DNA of 64,000 bases from Paragordius varius (Eukaryota > Animalia > Nematomorpha), in assembly GCA_964247055.1 (NCBI GenBank), contig OZ176055.1, positions 124,001 to 188,000 on the forward strand, in the 5' to 3' direction. Both the position numbers and the translations under genes were made by a program. Under the pieces are notes generated by a model. That model did no database searches. It worked only from the letters and a program-made list of their open reading frames with translations, and had not been told where the DNA came from. Below are positions 1-14,300 of the stretch, in pieces (positions within the stretch are counted from its first letter, which is position 1; the number at the start of each line of letters is the position of its first letter).

Positions 1-304
1 AATCCTGACATGGATTTTAAATGGAACGGATAAGTCAATTATATATTTTCAAAAAAAATGGTTTTAATTTAATATTTTTTCCAAAATAATTTTAATTCCT
101 TAGTTTCATCGTTTTTCATAAAATAATTCTAATTTAATTTGTACTTTTTAATTGAGAAATAGTTTATTATTTTGATACTATATGGAATATCAAAAAATTA
201 AGTTAAAAAAATTTATATTCTGTCGTCCTATTCTGAAAAATTAAAAAACGTTTTTCAAATAAATGAGAAAAAAAATAATAAAATATATTTTTTTCCAAAT
301 TTTA

Positions 305-603
305 CAGTAAAAATTGAAATTATACGGAAAAAACGTAAAAATATAAATACAAATATTTTTTTCTAATAGACAACCCCATATTTTTGAAACTTGATTTTTT
401 TAATTATGACTGATTGTTTTAAACTACAAAATTGAAAATAAAAATGTAAATTGGTAGAACAATCAATTGTATAGTTTACTATTGTAATTAAATATTTTAT
501 ATAGCAAAAATTAAGGTTTTAAAAATAAGAGTTTATCTTTTGAAAAAAAATATTTGTCTTTATATTTTTACTTTTGCTCTCCGTATAATTTCAATTTTTA
601 CTG
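305..603. mobile_element. Family A Tc1/mariner-type MITE
   Basis: ~60-bp TIRs CAGTAAAAATTGAAATTATACGGACAAAACGTAAAAATATAAAGACAAATATTTTT with TA on both flanks. Confidence 0.85.
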
Positions 604-853
604 TATATAATACATTATATAAATTATTTTTAAAAAAAATTAAAAAACTTTTTTCAAATAAATGCAAAATAAAATTAATAAACTATATTCTTTATTAAAA
701 TTTTTAAAATGGGAAATAAATGTTATAAATTTCCTTTTATGTCGTTTGAAACCGCAAAAACGATTTAAAATTAAGGCTAATAGTTTAAGTTCCATAAAAA
801 TAGATGTTGCTTTATACCTGAAAAATAATTTTAATTCACTTTGATTATTTTAG

Positions 854-1241
854 AGGCCGTGAACTATTAGGCCATCCAGATTTACAAATCACTTTTTTGA
901 GCTCTCCACCCCTCTTGGATCAATCCATCATTGATGGACTTGAAGAAAAGTTTCAAATTCCCTTTTATATCTTTAAAGATTTTTAAGATTTTTTAAAATT
1001 CAGTGTTTTTAATTTAAAATTAACTTTCTATTTAATATCGATTTCAATTCCAAAAATTATATATTTTATTCCTATATATGAATGTAACATTAGTTATTTA
1101 GTAACGCTACAAAATAACGTACAAGAATGGATGAAAAATACGGTTAAATCGGATTCTAAGGTTATATGGAGATCATTTTTATAAATTTTTAAACAAATTG
1201 CGTTAATTATGATTTCTAAAAATTTTTTTATTTTTACCTTA

Positions 1242-1283
<42 letters not shown>

Positions 1284-4200
1284 TATAGGATTGGTATGCG
1301 GAGAAAGCTTAAAAATATAAAGACAAATATTTTTTTCTAAAAGACAATAACCATACTTTTCAAAACCTTAATTTTTGTCATATAAGCTATTTAGTTACAT
1401 TTGTAAAATATAGAATTAATTGTGTTAGTAATATATATCTAACTATTTCACACTTTGCCATTTAGAACAATGAGATTTCCATTGATATAATAAATCTAAA
1501 TTTAAAAAGTATGGGATTGTTTTAAAAAAAATATTTGTCTATATATTTTTACGTTTTGTCCGTACGTATAATTTCAATTTATAGGATTGGTATGCTGAGA
1601 AAGAACCTGATAAGATGAATCGAATGTATTTTAGCACACAAATGCCATTTATACTCAACGATATGTGTCAACAAAATGTATAAATATGATTTTTAAAACT
1701 AATTTTTAAAATTTTATTTAAATGAAATTTATGTGTGATGCTTTTTTAGATTAAAGTTTCTGAACAAGTGAGCCAAAGTTTGACTTCTAAAGTCGTACAT
1801 CTTTTGGTTAATCAAATGAGCGACTTTTCTCATTACTATACGGGTAAGATTTTTGAGTTTTAGATAATGAAAATGAAATAAAATATCTAATGTCATACTT
1901 CTTTATGTTTAAATTTGTCAATCTTTATGTGTATTTAATGGTCGCATGGGTTTGAAATTTGAAAAATTTTTGTGTGCCTGGGAATATATTTTATTATTAA
2001 TAAAAAACTAAATTATATACACATATAAATAAATTTTTTAAAGAGCAATTATATTTTAAAAATCTTAAATTAATTATATATAACTTATGATTTTGGGCTC
2101 TAAAGTAGGGAATCGTATTGTAAATTGTAAACGCATTCAATCATATAATTCAAGATTGTAATTTAATAGTTTATGTGGGAAAAATACAAGTTTAAAGTAT
2201 AATTGTCATTTCAAAGAATATATACTTGTTTCTTGGTTTTTACGTTTTGTATGATTTTAATCATGCTATCTTATGGTGATGCAGTGATATAAAGATCATC
2301 ATTATAAAAACTTTTATACTTGTATTTAGATGCTTTGATAGAATACCATCAATTCCATCTCAAGGATAGAGTTTATCCCCATTTCTACATTCATTATCTG
2401 GTATGGCGAATTTATTTTACAGTTAAAGTTAAATTTAAATTATAAAACCTAAAAAGTAGAACACTCATAAAATTATATTAAGATAAGTGCAGTAAAAATT
2501 GGAATTATATGGACAAAATTTAAAAATATATCAAATTCTTTCTAAAAAACCATACTTTTTTAAACTTTATTTTTTAAAATATAACTCATTGTTTCGAATT
2601 GCACATAAAATTGATATGTATATTGGTGATACGATCAATTCTATATACATTGTAATTGAATATCTTTCATGGGAAAAATTAAGGTTCGAAAAAGTATGGT
2701 TTTCTTTTAGAAAAATTTATTTGTCTTTATATTTTAACGTTTTGTCCGTATTATTTCAGTTTTTCCTGTATATATTTTTTCGTGATTTTTCATCATAAAA
2801 CCTATAGAAATCAAAGATATAAAACATCTTAACAAAAAAAATATCAATAGTTTTTTTTCCCTTTTTTTGTTAAGTTTTTCAAAATTTAATTTTTACTTTA
2901 GTTTCCAATTGAATATAAAATGCTTGTGAGCAATAAAATAGGTTGCAATCGCCAACAATTGTCAAAGTTTTGCAGAATTCATGTATAAACTCCGGGCTGA
3001 GGCTGTCGATGATTCTGACGTACAAGATGATATGAGTCACAGTATTCTCCAAATGAAACTCAACAACCTTTCTAAAACGCTTGACAGTGTTGCTGATAGA
3101 ACGTAAAACATAAATTATTAATTTTTCATTAATATATAATTTATTTCGTAAAATATATGTTTCATTAATAATCATATTTTTATATATTCTAATATCTTGT
3201 ATTGTAATAGCCTGAGTCAAAAACTTATTTTTTTGTGGGATGATTATAATTTTTATTAACTCATTAAAGTAACAAGTAATAACCCTGATATTACGATAAA
3301 AGCTTTGGAATTTTATTAGTATCGTCGAATAAAATAAATTTTATAAAAATCTGACAGGGTATAATAAAGTGTCCTTTTATTGCAACAATTATTTTTAAAA
3401 CAATTAATGTGTTTAAAAGGCAAATAATCTTATTGATTAATTGACTTTTATTCCATTTTTTAGATTTTCCTATTTGTTGGAAGAAATTTTTAAAGATCTT
3501 GAAGTACATACCAATGCTCTTTTCACAAAAGAATGGTAAGCGTTGTTGAAATTGAATTTGCCCATAGAATTAGAAAAATATTTTTGTCAATTTTTATAAT
3601 TTTTACTGTGTTTCTTCACAAGGATGACCAATAGAGAATTAGAAGGAATTATCCGCGCAACCTTTGAAGATTATGGACAAGATTTTGTATATCTCAAACC
3701 GAGATATTATGTCAGATTAGTCAATGAAATTGAGGCTCAACTTACCCTGGAATATCTGAAAGGACTTTTTGCAAAGTATATCAAAAAAAATTTGATGGCG
3801 CTTTTGCACTAATATTTTACGCATAGAGTTTTTGAGCAATAAATATAGTAAAAGTAAAATTATAAAAACAGATTGAATATATATTTTGTGTAGAATACCA
3901 TTTTTGATCGAACTTATTTAGAAACCCAAAATAGTTTTATTAAAATTTTGCTAAAATATTCGGTTTTCTCGAAAAATTAATTTATTTTAATGTTTTGTCT
4001 TAATAATTTTATTTCATACTGTTTTTTAAATTATATTTAGGCGATACATTTACAAAAGTTACGAGGAACGGAAAGAAGCAAGCGAAAAACTTATGCTGGA
4101 AGCGACAAATTACATTGAATTTTTCGCCAATCTTCGGACTATGGTTGCTTTTTTTTCTCCTAAATGCTTTGAATTCGAATTCAGATTAATGTTTTTATAT

Positions 4201-6619
4201 TAAAAAATTGAAATTATACATAAGTAAAAAACGTAAAAACCAAAGGACATATATTTTTTTCAAAAGACAAACTAACTTTTTTAAACCTTAATATTTCTCC
4301 TATAAATTATTTATTACCAATATATATAATCGATTGTGCTACCAATAAACATCTCTTATTTATACTATAAAGTTTTAAAACAAGGTCTTATATTTAATTA
4401 AATCAAAAGTTAAAAAGTATTGACTTAAAGAAAAAATTTGTTTTTATATTTTTACGTTTTGTCCGTAAATTTTAATATTTACAATCTTTAAAGACAAAAC
4501 GGAAAATCTGCTAAAAAGACAAATTTTCTTTTAATAGACAGCTATACATTTTTTAAACTTGGTTTTTTATTTAAGCTATCGTTTTAAATGCAAAAATAAG
4601 ATATAGAAATGTATATTTCATTTATTTTAACAATCGTATAAGTTATACACGGAAAATCAAGTTGCAAAAAAAGTATGGCAGTTTTTTAATTTTACGTTTT
4701 GTCTTTATATCTATTTTACTCCAATTCCTTTTGATAGCCAATAACTAAATTGGGAATTACGGATGTTGATGCATGTAATATTTATAAATCGTCTCTGTTA
4801 ACTGTTGTTCCCCCCAATAATAATGCTCTGACAACGGCCAATTTCCCAAAAGCGGGGACCAATGAAGGGCCTCCCTTACCCCCTAAACGAAGTCGATCCG
4901 GTGCTCTTATCATGAACAAATTGGGTAAATTCTATTACAGTGTATAAGACAAAATTGATTGAAAAAGATTACCATACTTTTTACACCCTTATATATATTA
5001 ATATAACTTATCTGGGTCGCGAACTAAGAGTTAATTATCAACGCACTTGATATATTTGACAGCCATAGTTATAGAGGTAGGAATCACTAATTTTTAAGAA
5101 TATATAAGATCTATAAATATATTGTTAATTACTTTAATTACTTAAAAGTTTAGTTTTGACTTTAAAATTTTTCTTTTACTGGAAATTTTTAACTTTTTAA
5201 AAAATTGATGTGGCACTTTTTCCACGCATCAACATTTATGCTTCTTACGATCTATACATAGCAGCATCTCCAGAAAAATCTTTAACGCCATCCACAAATG
5301 CATTATTAATGGGGAATCAAACTGCCAGTTGCTTAACATGCCTGCTTTCTATCGCTGAAATCTTGAAAATGCGCGACACCTCCTTACTTAATCTGGAGGT
5401 GAGTGGATTGGTTTCACGATTCAAAGATATCACTTACGATAATTTGGTCAATATTTTGCTCCTTAGGGAAGATTTAACCAGGACAGAAATCAAAAATGTA
5501 ATATATACATACCTACAGTAAAAACGAAAAATATTTGCCAAAAATTAAATGTGTGTTTAGTAAATGATAAAAAAATGCCAAAAATTTAGTTTTGGTTATA
5601 ATTACCTTTTAATTTGCTTTTTTGATCCTATTGAAAAAATATCAAAAAATAAAATTGTAAAGACAAATAATTTTTCAAAAAAAATTAGTTTAAAAATATC
5701 TGTCTTTTATTTAATAATTTTATTTTATGGATATATATACATTTTGTTTCAAATAATTTTTGTTAATTTCTACTGTAATTTAAAATATTTGTTCAAAAAA
5801 ACGATTTATTAATTTTTTTGTGCAAAGATATTGGCTGATGTCCCTCTCCCCTCCACGACCAATAAAGGCAATGCAAGTGGCGGGAGTTCCAGCGAAGAAG
5901 AAAAGTCAGGGGGTGGTTTATTAAACATTCCTTATCGCCATGTCAGGGAACGAAGTATAATAAATATCTCACATTTAAGTTTTTTTTTCAAAACCTATTT
6001 TTTTCACTTTAAATAATTTGTATAAATTTTATAATTTACAGTAAAATTTAAATTATACAGTCAGAACATAATAATATAAAGACAAATAATTGTTGAAACC
6101 TATAATTTATTTAAACCTAAATTTTTCTATATAGACTATTTAATTACAATAAAATTTATAATTGATGAATTTATCAAAATCTATTATTCATACTTTTTAG
6201 TTTAAAACGGGGCAGCGGCCTTTTGAAAAAATATTTGTATTTTATAGTTTCGCATAAGTCTGTATAATTTCAATTTTTACTCATCTTTTTTATAAAGATA
6301 TATGCATAAAAGAAGTTATTTAGCGGTTTGAAATATATTTTAAAAATTGGATTATAATTCATCATGGCTCTTTTATCGAATCATCCCTCAAAAATGGTTT
6401 ATAATGCTATATAATTAATTTATATGGTCAATAAAAGTAGATATATATTCTTTGGTTGATTCAATATACTTAAAATTATTTTAAGGTAAAATGGCCTTCA
6501 GTGGAGCTGGGTTGGGATTCAGTTCAAGCAATGCAAGTATTATGTCTGACCTCAAAGGCCGTTTTGTGGTGGAACCGGAAAAATCTATATTTGCTCGTTT
6601 GAACACCTTATCAACATAG
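854..6619 (+). CDS. EXOC3: Exocyst complex component 3 (Sec6); 5' part lies upstream of the window
   Basis: Phase-compatible GT-AG exons: 854-949, 1094-1160, 1585-1677, 1750-1843, 2330-2400, 2942-3102, 3464-3535, 3623-3775, 4041-4142, 4738-4924, 5262-5497, 5828-5954, 6486-6619 (TAG). The translation follows the Sec6 C-terminal domain in order: DWYAEKEPD..YFSTQMPFIL, VSEQVSQSLTSKVVHLL, YPHFYIHYLVAIANNCQSF, LLEEIFKDLEVHTNALFTKEW, IIRATFEDYGQDF, SYEERKEASEKL, LSIAEILKMRDTSLLNLEVSGLVSRFKDI. Confidence 0.93.
1246..1282. repeat. (TA)n microsatellite; shorter ones near 10017, 30386, 34448 and 61436
   Basis: Directly visible dinucleotide run. Confidence 0.9.
1308..1580. mobile_element. Family A MITE, end-truncated, in an EXOC3 intron
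   Basis: Inner TIR parts are present at both ends. It is flanked by a 24-bp direct repeat of the splice acceptor. Confidence 0.75.
2490..2768. mobile_element. Family A MITE, EXOC3 intron
   Basis: CAGTAAAAATTGGAATTATATGGACAAAAT...TTTTGTCCGTATTATTTCAGTTTTTCCTG. Confidence 0.8.
4200..4720. mobile_element. Two abutting family A MITE copies, EXOC3 intron
   Basis: Two successive left-TIR/right-TIR pairs (about 4200-4480 and 4490-4720), both degenerate. Confidence 0.65.
6039..6281. mobile_element. Family A MITE, EXOC3 intron
   Basis: Both TIRs are recognisable. Confidence 0.75.
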
Positions 6620-7371
6620 GAAATGTTTCAAAACTGTTTTGTTAAATTTCTTTTGATAGTGTAAAATATTTGATATTTATTTTTATTGTTGTTGGGAATA
6701 TACATATCATAATAATATATATTAATAAATTTCCTAAATATCAATTAAGTTATGAATATATATTTTGCGATTATAACGAATTAGTCTTTGCTGATTTACC
6801 GCGCTAATAAACCTATCGTTTGGTTTTCAAAGATAGAATTATAAATGAAAATTAAAATTTTCAATTATATTCACAATTGAATCATTTATGGCAGGGGTTG
6901 CCAAACACGAATTGCACACATTTTGTTAAAACATAAACACAAAGAACTGATAGGATTCTATGAATTAGAGTTATTTAATATTGAATAATTAATGGTCTTA
7001 GCGATATTGAAGCAATATAATGTTTCTTAGAAATTTAGACATGACAACATTGATATTTATTAAAAAGAAACATGATTTTATTTTATTTTACCAATATTTT
7101 GTAAATAGAATAAATATAATTGCAAAAAATTTTATTTTTATTTGATCTATTAAAATTACGCGCGCAACACAAGGATAGCTTGTTGGGTACCTTGAATTAT
7201 GCATAGGGAATTTAAAAAAATATGGCTAAAGTTTATATTTTTTTAAATTAAAGGACACTATCATTAAAATGAAAGCTATTCAATTTCCCCCAAAATTGTT
7301 TTTTATTCGTATTCATAAATTAATAGAAATTTCTAAATGCTAGATTTTAATACAATAAAAATTAAGATATA

Positions 7372-7616
7372 TACTGGCAAAATGTAAAAATATACAAATT
7401 TTTAAACCATACTTTTTAAAATCTAAATTTTTCCCACATAATTATTCATTTACATTTAAAAATATATAATTGATTTGTTACCAATACATCTCCATTTCAT
7501 ATTTTGCAATGTTAAAAAATTATTTATTTCGAAAATTCGAGATTGAAAAAGTTTTATGAAAAAAATATTTGTATTTATATTTTTACATTTTGCCTGTATA
7601 ATTTCAATTTTTACTG
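7372..7616. mobile_element. Family A MITE between the EXOC3 and LamG-WD40 3' ends
   Basis: The right TIR is intact (...ATTTCAATTTTTACTG|TA); the left end is truncated. Confidence 0.7.
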
Positions 7617-9143
7617 TATTTTATGAAAAATAGTACGATTTATAACCTAACCAGGGAAATCGAAAAATTATATGCGTTATTTGAATTGGTGTAAAATTTA
7701 AATGGTTATTTTACAGGCAATTATTAAATTTAATTTATCGTTTTGATATCGTTGGCTACATAATTATGACTTAGTTTCATATTTTTTAAAAAAAATTGTC
7801 TAAAATTTATCATTAGTTTTAAAACATAAAATTTCGCCAAGTTTAAGTTTGAAACGAAAAATCTTTTATTGGCAAAGAGACCCTATTTTTTTATCAAAGC
7901 TATATATAGTTTTGGAATATTTCTTTTTATTTGACCAAACAATATTATTAATTTTTTCTTTATAATCAAATTAAAATGATTATAAGAGGGAAGTACGCCA
8001 TCTAATTACAATCTTAAAATACAGAATCAGAGGCCCGCATGTTGACCAGCCCGATTTAAATAAAAAATGCGTTTTTGTATGAGAAAGTGTTTTTAAAGCA
8101 AAAATTTAATATCTATGCTAAAAACATTACATTATAGAAAGCGTTTTCGAGAAACTGGAGAATATAGGGATATTTTAATTATAGATATAATTTTCCCAAA
8201 CTTTACCACAAAAAAGTAGATTATTATGATTTTACTTTTCAATTTTTTGGTTGAAAACAAGTAATTTAGTATTTTTTAAATATCATATATTTTAGTGAAT
8301 AAGATTTTGAGAGAAATATACGAGCCTTTATTAAACATTGATTGAACGATTTTAGGCAGAAATTTTTTCAAAGTATTTTGGCTGATAATATATTAAAAGA
8401 AATTAAAATTTTTTTGGTTTTAATGATATTTCTCTATAAATGCCAAAATTTATTTTTTGTTGGTTTTTATGATTTTGATTCAAAATTGCGGGCAAATTAT
8501 GCATAAAAATTATTAAAGGTATATAATAATGTAATAGGAGATTAGCGTATGTTTAATACAATGCAATTTTCGTATCAATTATTAAATTTATATTTTTTAC
8601 AAACTTAAAAATAAAAAATGTTTATATACAATGTAAAAAATATTCAAAATTTCATAAAGACACACTGTTTGTAATTTTAAATAATAATTTTCAAAAAAAT
8701 ATGTATTAAATGGTACCTATTCTATATTATTAATAATTCAATCCGCATACTTAATAATAAATAATTAAATAAATTAAATTAACAAAAAATCATATAAGGA
8801 AGAACGCACAGGTTTCGTTATGATTTAAAATTAAAAAAATTTGATCTTTTTATGAAAATAATTTTTTTGATAAGATAAAACAAGATTATGTTCACTGTCA
8901 AATATTATTATGATTATGAATATACATTGTTAATTTTAGATATTATGAATTTTTTGTAATTCGTATAATGCTGTAATCATCAAGTTGTGTCTAGAAAGTA
9001 TGAATTCCAATTATATTTTCCAATACGATAATAAATAGTAATTTGTTTTGGATTTATGTATGATGTTAAGTATGCGACGTTTTGTAAATGCAACCGGTTT
9101 TCAAAGTTGTTAATGCAAATATTTTTGAGAGAATAAAGAATTT

Positions 9144-11390
9144 TTAAGGCAAAACTTTCAGGATTATAAGTTTTTTAATGCCATCCCGTTGTCCAATAGC
9201 TACGATAGTCCTATTATCTCGACTAATGCGAATGTTTAGGATTTCTGTTGAAGTTTCAAACGAACACAAATGGCTTCCGTCTTCAAAGTTCCAAAGGCGA
9301 ATCATTTTGTCGCTTGAACCGCTTGCTAACAATTTTCCGTCGCGCGATAAATCCAGGCAGGTTACCTATCATAAAGTATTAAATTAAATTAATGAAAAGG
9401 TTTTTTTGACTGCAAAAACTGGATGCTAAAACAAGAAATTCAAATTATCCAAAAGTAAAAGAACGGTGACCAAAGAATCAAGTTCATATATGTCGTTTTG
9501 CATTTATGTGTTACAAAACAATTTTTATTATAATATTTTTTACTATTTGATGGGTGTGCAAAAATAAATTCTATAAGGTTTTTGGTTGTTGAACACAAAA
9601 ACCAGTCTTGACGCTTATAAGCAATTGATAATTTATGGAAGAAAAATTCATTTTCACAGTCAGAATCTATGCATAAACGATCACCAAATTTAGGTCTATT
9701 TATAAAAAAAGGCACCATATTAAACCTTTCTGATATGGCATTAATTAAAATACAAGGTGATGCATAGAAATAACAAATTTTTATATACATCAGATTTATG
9801 GCCATGGAAAGTTAGTTTGTGAACGTATTCCCGATTTCCCAAATCTTGCCAAGATTTGATGGTCGTATCCTTGGAGGCGGAAACTAAATATCGCCCATCG
9901 TAGGAAGAGATGAGCGCTAAAACCGGTCCTAAATGGGCCGGGCTATTCGAGGACCCCGAACTCGATTCACGCAATTGACTTTGTTTTTTGCCTACGTAGT
10001 AAGAATAAAGAAAACCGATTTTAAGAAATTTAGTTAGATATATATATATATATAGAAAATATTAAAAAATTGGTGGAAAATGTGTGCAAGGTAGAATTCC
10101 AAACTCACTTTTAAACAGAGACAAATGTAAATGCTAAACTTAATTAGGCCTTAATAATTTGTCGATTTATGTCGCTTTTAAAGTCAAAAATTTCAAAATT
10201 ATGTGGATAATGCCGATATACCAGTATTGAGATTCCAAATGGTGATTTCACCACGTGGAGATCCGGTTGCTGTTCGGTCGGGATTGAGAACACAAACGCA
10301 ATCAGGACTCGTGACCGTACAGCTAAAAGCTTTAGAGTCTGTGTTTCCGCGTTTTATTTCTCCCAAATCGACAATAATTATATTACAAGTTCCTATATAA
10401 GATATATAAATATGTAGGATTATATATTAGAAAAATTAAAAATATTAACATATATGTATATAAAGGGCATAACAATGCCCAAAAGTTACTATATTATTTT
10501 TTCATATATAAAACTGAAAAAAATTTTGAAATTTTTAAATAAATATGGAGTCGAAAATATTTGTGAAATACTTTTAAACTATGTGTCTTACCTCCTAATG
10601 TAGGTTCATTGACTGAACCAATAGGATCGAAGAATCCAGCTAAGATAAAATTATCATCAGCTGATTTGCATAGGAACGATCGAACATTGCCAAGTCCAAA
10701 TGTTGGGGTGTAACTTAAACGTTTATCTACCACCCCTAAATACATTCAAAAAATATAGGTATAAAATATTCTTAATTTATTATGAATGATTAAAATTATG
10801 TTTCACATACCTCCATTCAAAACATCCATTAGCGTGACATTAACTTCATTATTTCCACTTTTGATTCCTTCATCAAAAGATGTTAAAACACCTGTTCGCC
10901 TGTCGTTTAGGAGGGTTAGAGCCGTGAAAATATCTTTACCATATGTCATGGTTTTAGTTCCTGAATCTATATCCCATGTCTATACAATATAGAAAAAAAA
11001 TTATATATCTGGCGTTTAAACTTTAATTTATATGTATGTAAAGTTTTATATTTTAGATATACCGTCAATTTTTTCTTGGGTATATGGTTGGGCGATGTAA
11101 TGGGTTCAGTCAGAGCCAGACCAACTAATGTCCGATTGTTGGGGCCGGCCAGGTAAAGATCTGATGATCCTTCTTCGCCTTCCAAGATCTTTGAAATTTG
11201 GCCCGTCTATCAGTGACACAAAAATAAATAAATATTGAATGTTAAACAATGTGTAAAAAGCATAGATAAAACAAGCCTGTCTCATCTCCTACCTCTAAAT
11301 TCCATATTTGAGGGGGGACAGTATCTGAACCCGTTATGACGCTAACGTTATCAGGTGTCACAATCAAACTTTCGATAGCCATGAGAGGAG
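9144..11390 (-). other. WD40 repeat region (7-8 blades) encoded by the last 7 exons of the LamG gene
   Basis: Recognisable repeats include IESLIVTPDNVSVITGSDTVPPQIWNLETG, TATGSPRGEITIWNLNTG, HLGPVLALISSYDGRYLVSASKDTTIKSW and [31 protein letters not shown]. Confidence 0.88.
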
Positions 11391-14300
11391 AGGTAGGGGT
11401 TAGGCCTAACGGCGTTGATCCCCTTAAACCGATCGGGCCACCACCCAGGAGATTGTGAGAAGATTCACCGGGAGGTGCTCTCATATTAAGTGTTGCGGCC
11501 CGAGGTGTTTCAATAAAGTATGGGGGAGATCCTCCTGTAAAATAAACAAAATTTATAACATAATTCTCAATATATATGTGTAAGTTTAAGTATTGATTTT
11601 ACCATCACTACGGTACTCTTCGTAGCGAGATGCTTCTTGATCTAAGCCGCGTGTAGTTTCTTTGTATCTAGGGTCTAACCTTTCTTCCCTCGTATTTCTG
11701 TTGAGTGTATTCATGTTCTGAAGTTGATAATCGTACCCAGTTCTTGATGGCGGTCTATAGGGCTCTTCCCGCGTTGATGGACCAATAAATGGGGCAGGTC
11801 CTGTAGCAATCAAAAATATATTTGCATCAATAAAAATCATCAATTGATTAAGTGGGTAGACTTTAGATTAAATTATATTACCTCCCCAATAACCTGGTCC
11901 ACGTGGGGCGTCTCGTCCGTATCGCACAACTCGAGTATATTCTTCCGTTTCTTTCTCAACTCTGGCAGGTTGTGTGGCAGAAGTGTGGGCTGTTTGTGTT
12001 GCCAACACACGCGGTTCTCTATCAATGGCTCGGGAAAGGGCTTGGACACTGGTTGAGGCTTCGTGTTGATCTCTACTGCGTGCAGCGTTACTGCTATCAA
12101 ACGTTTCACTCATGAGCGTGGATGTGGTCGTTCTGCCTTGAGTTCCACCAGTCCCAATCGCTGTAGACATGCCAGCAGTTGTCCCACCACCACTACTCCC
12201 GCCCTCCTTGATCATAAACTCTTCTTCTTCGCGTCGTCGGTGTCTTTGGACCTGACTGTACATTCCACCCCTTTGTTGTTGATCCACGACATCCATCACG
12301 CCTTGAGACACCATGGGTATGGGTCTATAATCACGAACCGCCCCGCCGGCTCCTTTACGACCCCAGGGGCCTACACACATACCAGGTTTGCATTTGTAAC
12401 AAGCCCAAAGCAGACCGGCAAGGAGTGGGAATAGAGCTGCAATGGCAGCTAGGACAGGCCCTAAAGCTCCGCCCATCAAATGACTCTTGACCGGGCGAAT
12501 GACATCATACGTGTTTTGTACTATCCCACCCGTGCCAGCTATAACTGGTGGCTCACCTATAATGGGTGGAGCCGTGGGTGGAGGGGGAGGCGGTACCCAC
12601 TCAGTAATGGGAATGGGTGGGAGCGGAGGTTCCGTTGGAGGCGGAATGGGTGAAGGGGACACACGATTTATGTTTAGCGGATAATAGATGAGATGGCCAC
12701 CTCGATCTATGAGTCCATGATGCATGCGGAAAAAGTCTCGGCTATTTATACGGATATCCCGCATGTACCCGGATAACCCGGGTAAGTAAGCATATTCTGG
12801 GATGCGTGTTTCAAATCCACCAAAATGCGCTTCATCCAAACACAGTGTAGCTCCTGCGCCAGCGCGATCAAATAGTTGTGCTATACGAATAATATGTTAA
12901 TGTTAGTTGTAATCAAAAGATAAACAATCAATCAATCAAAAAAATTTAATACAAGTAATGTGGGGATAATCATCCAGATAAACTGTAACATCATTGCCAT
13001 TGTGAACGACTTTGAGGTTGTGCCATTTCCCGTCATTGAGTTCGGACCCAATCAAAATATCCTATGAAATAAAAGATAAATTGCATTTATTTATTTAAAG
13101 GCCACCGAACAAAATTATAATTGAGATAAATTTTTTCGCATTTTATATTATAATTTAAATTTTATAATAGTAATAGGATTAGACAAGTGTATTATTTTAG
13201 ACACTTCAATTAATAAAGGTTTAAATATAATTGTTTTTAAAACAAAACTTTAAATTTATCTATTCAAGAGCATGAAATTATGGAACTTTTTTCGCATACG
13301 CAGCTTGCAGGATAATTTCAAAAATGACGCATATATTTATAGCGAATACCTTAAATTAAAAAATTTCACATACAATAATAGGGCTTAGGCATAGATATTC
13401 ATTTAAATAATATAAAATAATTTTTACTTAAATAATTACTTATCCTAATTAAATTACTTACTGTTTTACCTTATACTGTTCCCCGTCTCTCCCAATGATT
13501 TTAAGTACACCGTCCTCCAACAAGCCAACCAAATAGGTAGAATTACCATCTGTATCATCACAGGATATGGTGGCAAAAACTACGCCATTCTCATTTTTCG
13601 TATTGAATTTCATGCTGAATTCATTGCGCGTAAAATTGGGTTTAGGATGCGGGAATATGACTTTCATAAATTGATACCCATTGAAACTTAGATCAGGCAC
13701 TGATGCTAAAAAAGATATACAGAAAGATTAGTTTTAAAATTAAAAAAGTTTGAGATTTTTACAATTTTGTATTAAGTATAAAACTATTTACCTATTCTTA
13801 TGGGATAATAGACGGTATATGGGCTTCGTCTATTGTTTGCCCAGTCACATAAAATGTCGCTATTGTCTTGTCGATAATCTCTAATTTCCCCTTTGAAGGG
13901 AGCCACATTTTCGTCCGTAAAAGCGTCCGTATTATCGTAACCGAGGTAGGATTCCGAAATTTGGAGAGGCTTGAAACCAGGCACATCGTCATAATCTAAT
14001 GTTAATAAATATTAATGTAGTTTTTGAAACAAGTTGCATATTCAGTAATAAATTTAAATATTTCGGACCTAAAATGATCCTTTATCATTTAAACAATTAA
14101 AATGTAAATTTTTTTAAGATGCAACATTTAAAAAAATTAAATTTGATAAGTTATTACTTGTGCTGCGTTCTCTGTCATCCAGAATGAGTTCCAGCCCATG
14201 ACCCCTTTGATTTATTCGAACTTTATGCCATCTATTATCATTAAGGCCATTACCGACGGATAGAATCTATTTGATAGAAAATGGCATATAAGTGAAGGGT

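Noticed and set aside
2879-3220. Minus-strand 113-aa ORF with TIVGDCNL, resembling a LINE endonuclease GDFN motif
   Set aside because: It is the antisense of EXOC3 exon 2942-3102 (VAIANNCQSF), which fits the gene model in phase.
9144-11484. WD40 exons as an independent NWD1/NACHT-like gene
   Set aside because: There is no NACHT domain or convincing start, and the exons join the TM-containing exon through canonical in-phase junctions. cDNA confirmation is still needed.
11844-12684. Several overlapping ORFs on both strands
   Set aside because: These are shadows of the GC-rich 999-nt TM exon and show no recognisable motifs.
13460-13470. Stronger-looking GTAAGT donor 8 nt downstream of the chosen donor
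   Set aside because: It would shift the frame and hit a stop in the next exon. The GTAAAA donor preserves the LamG domain.
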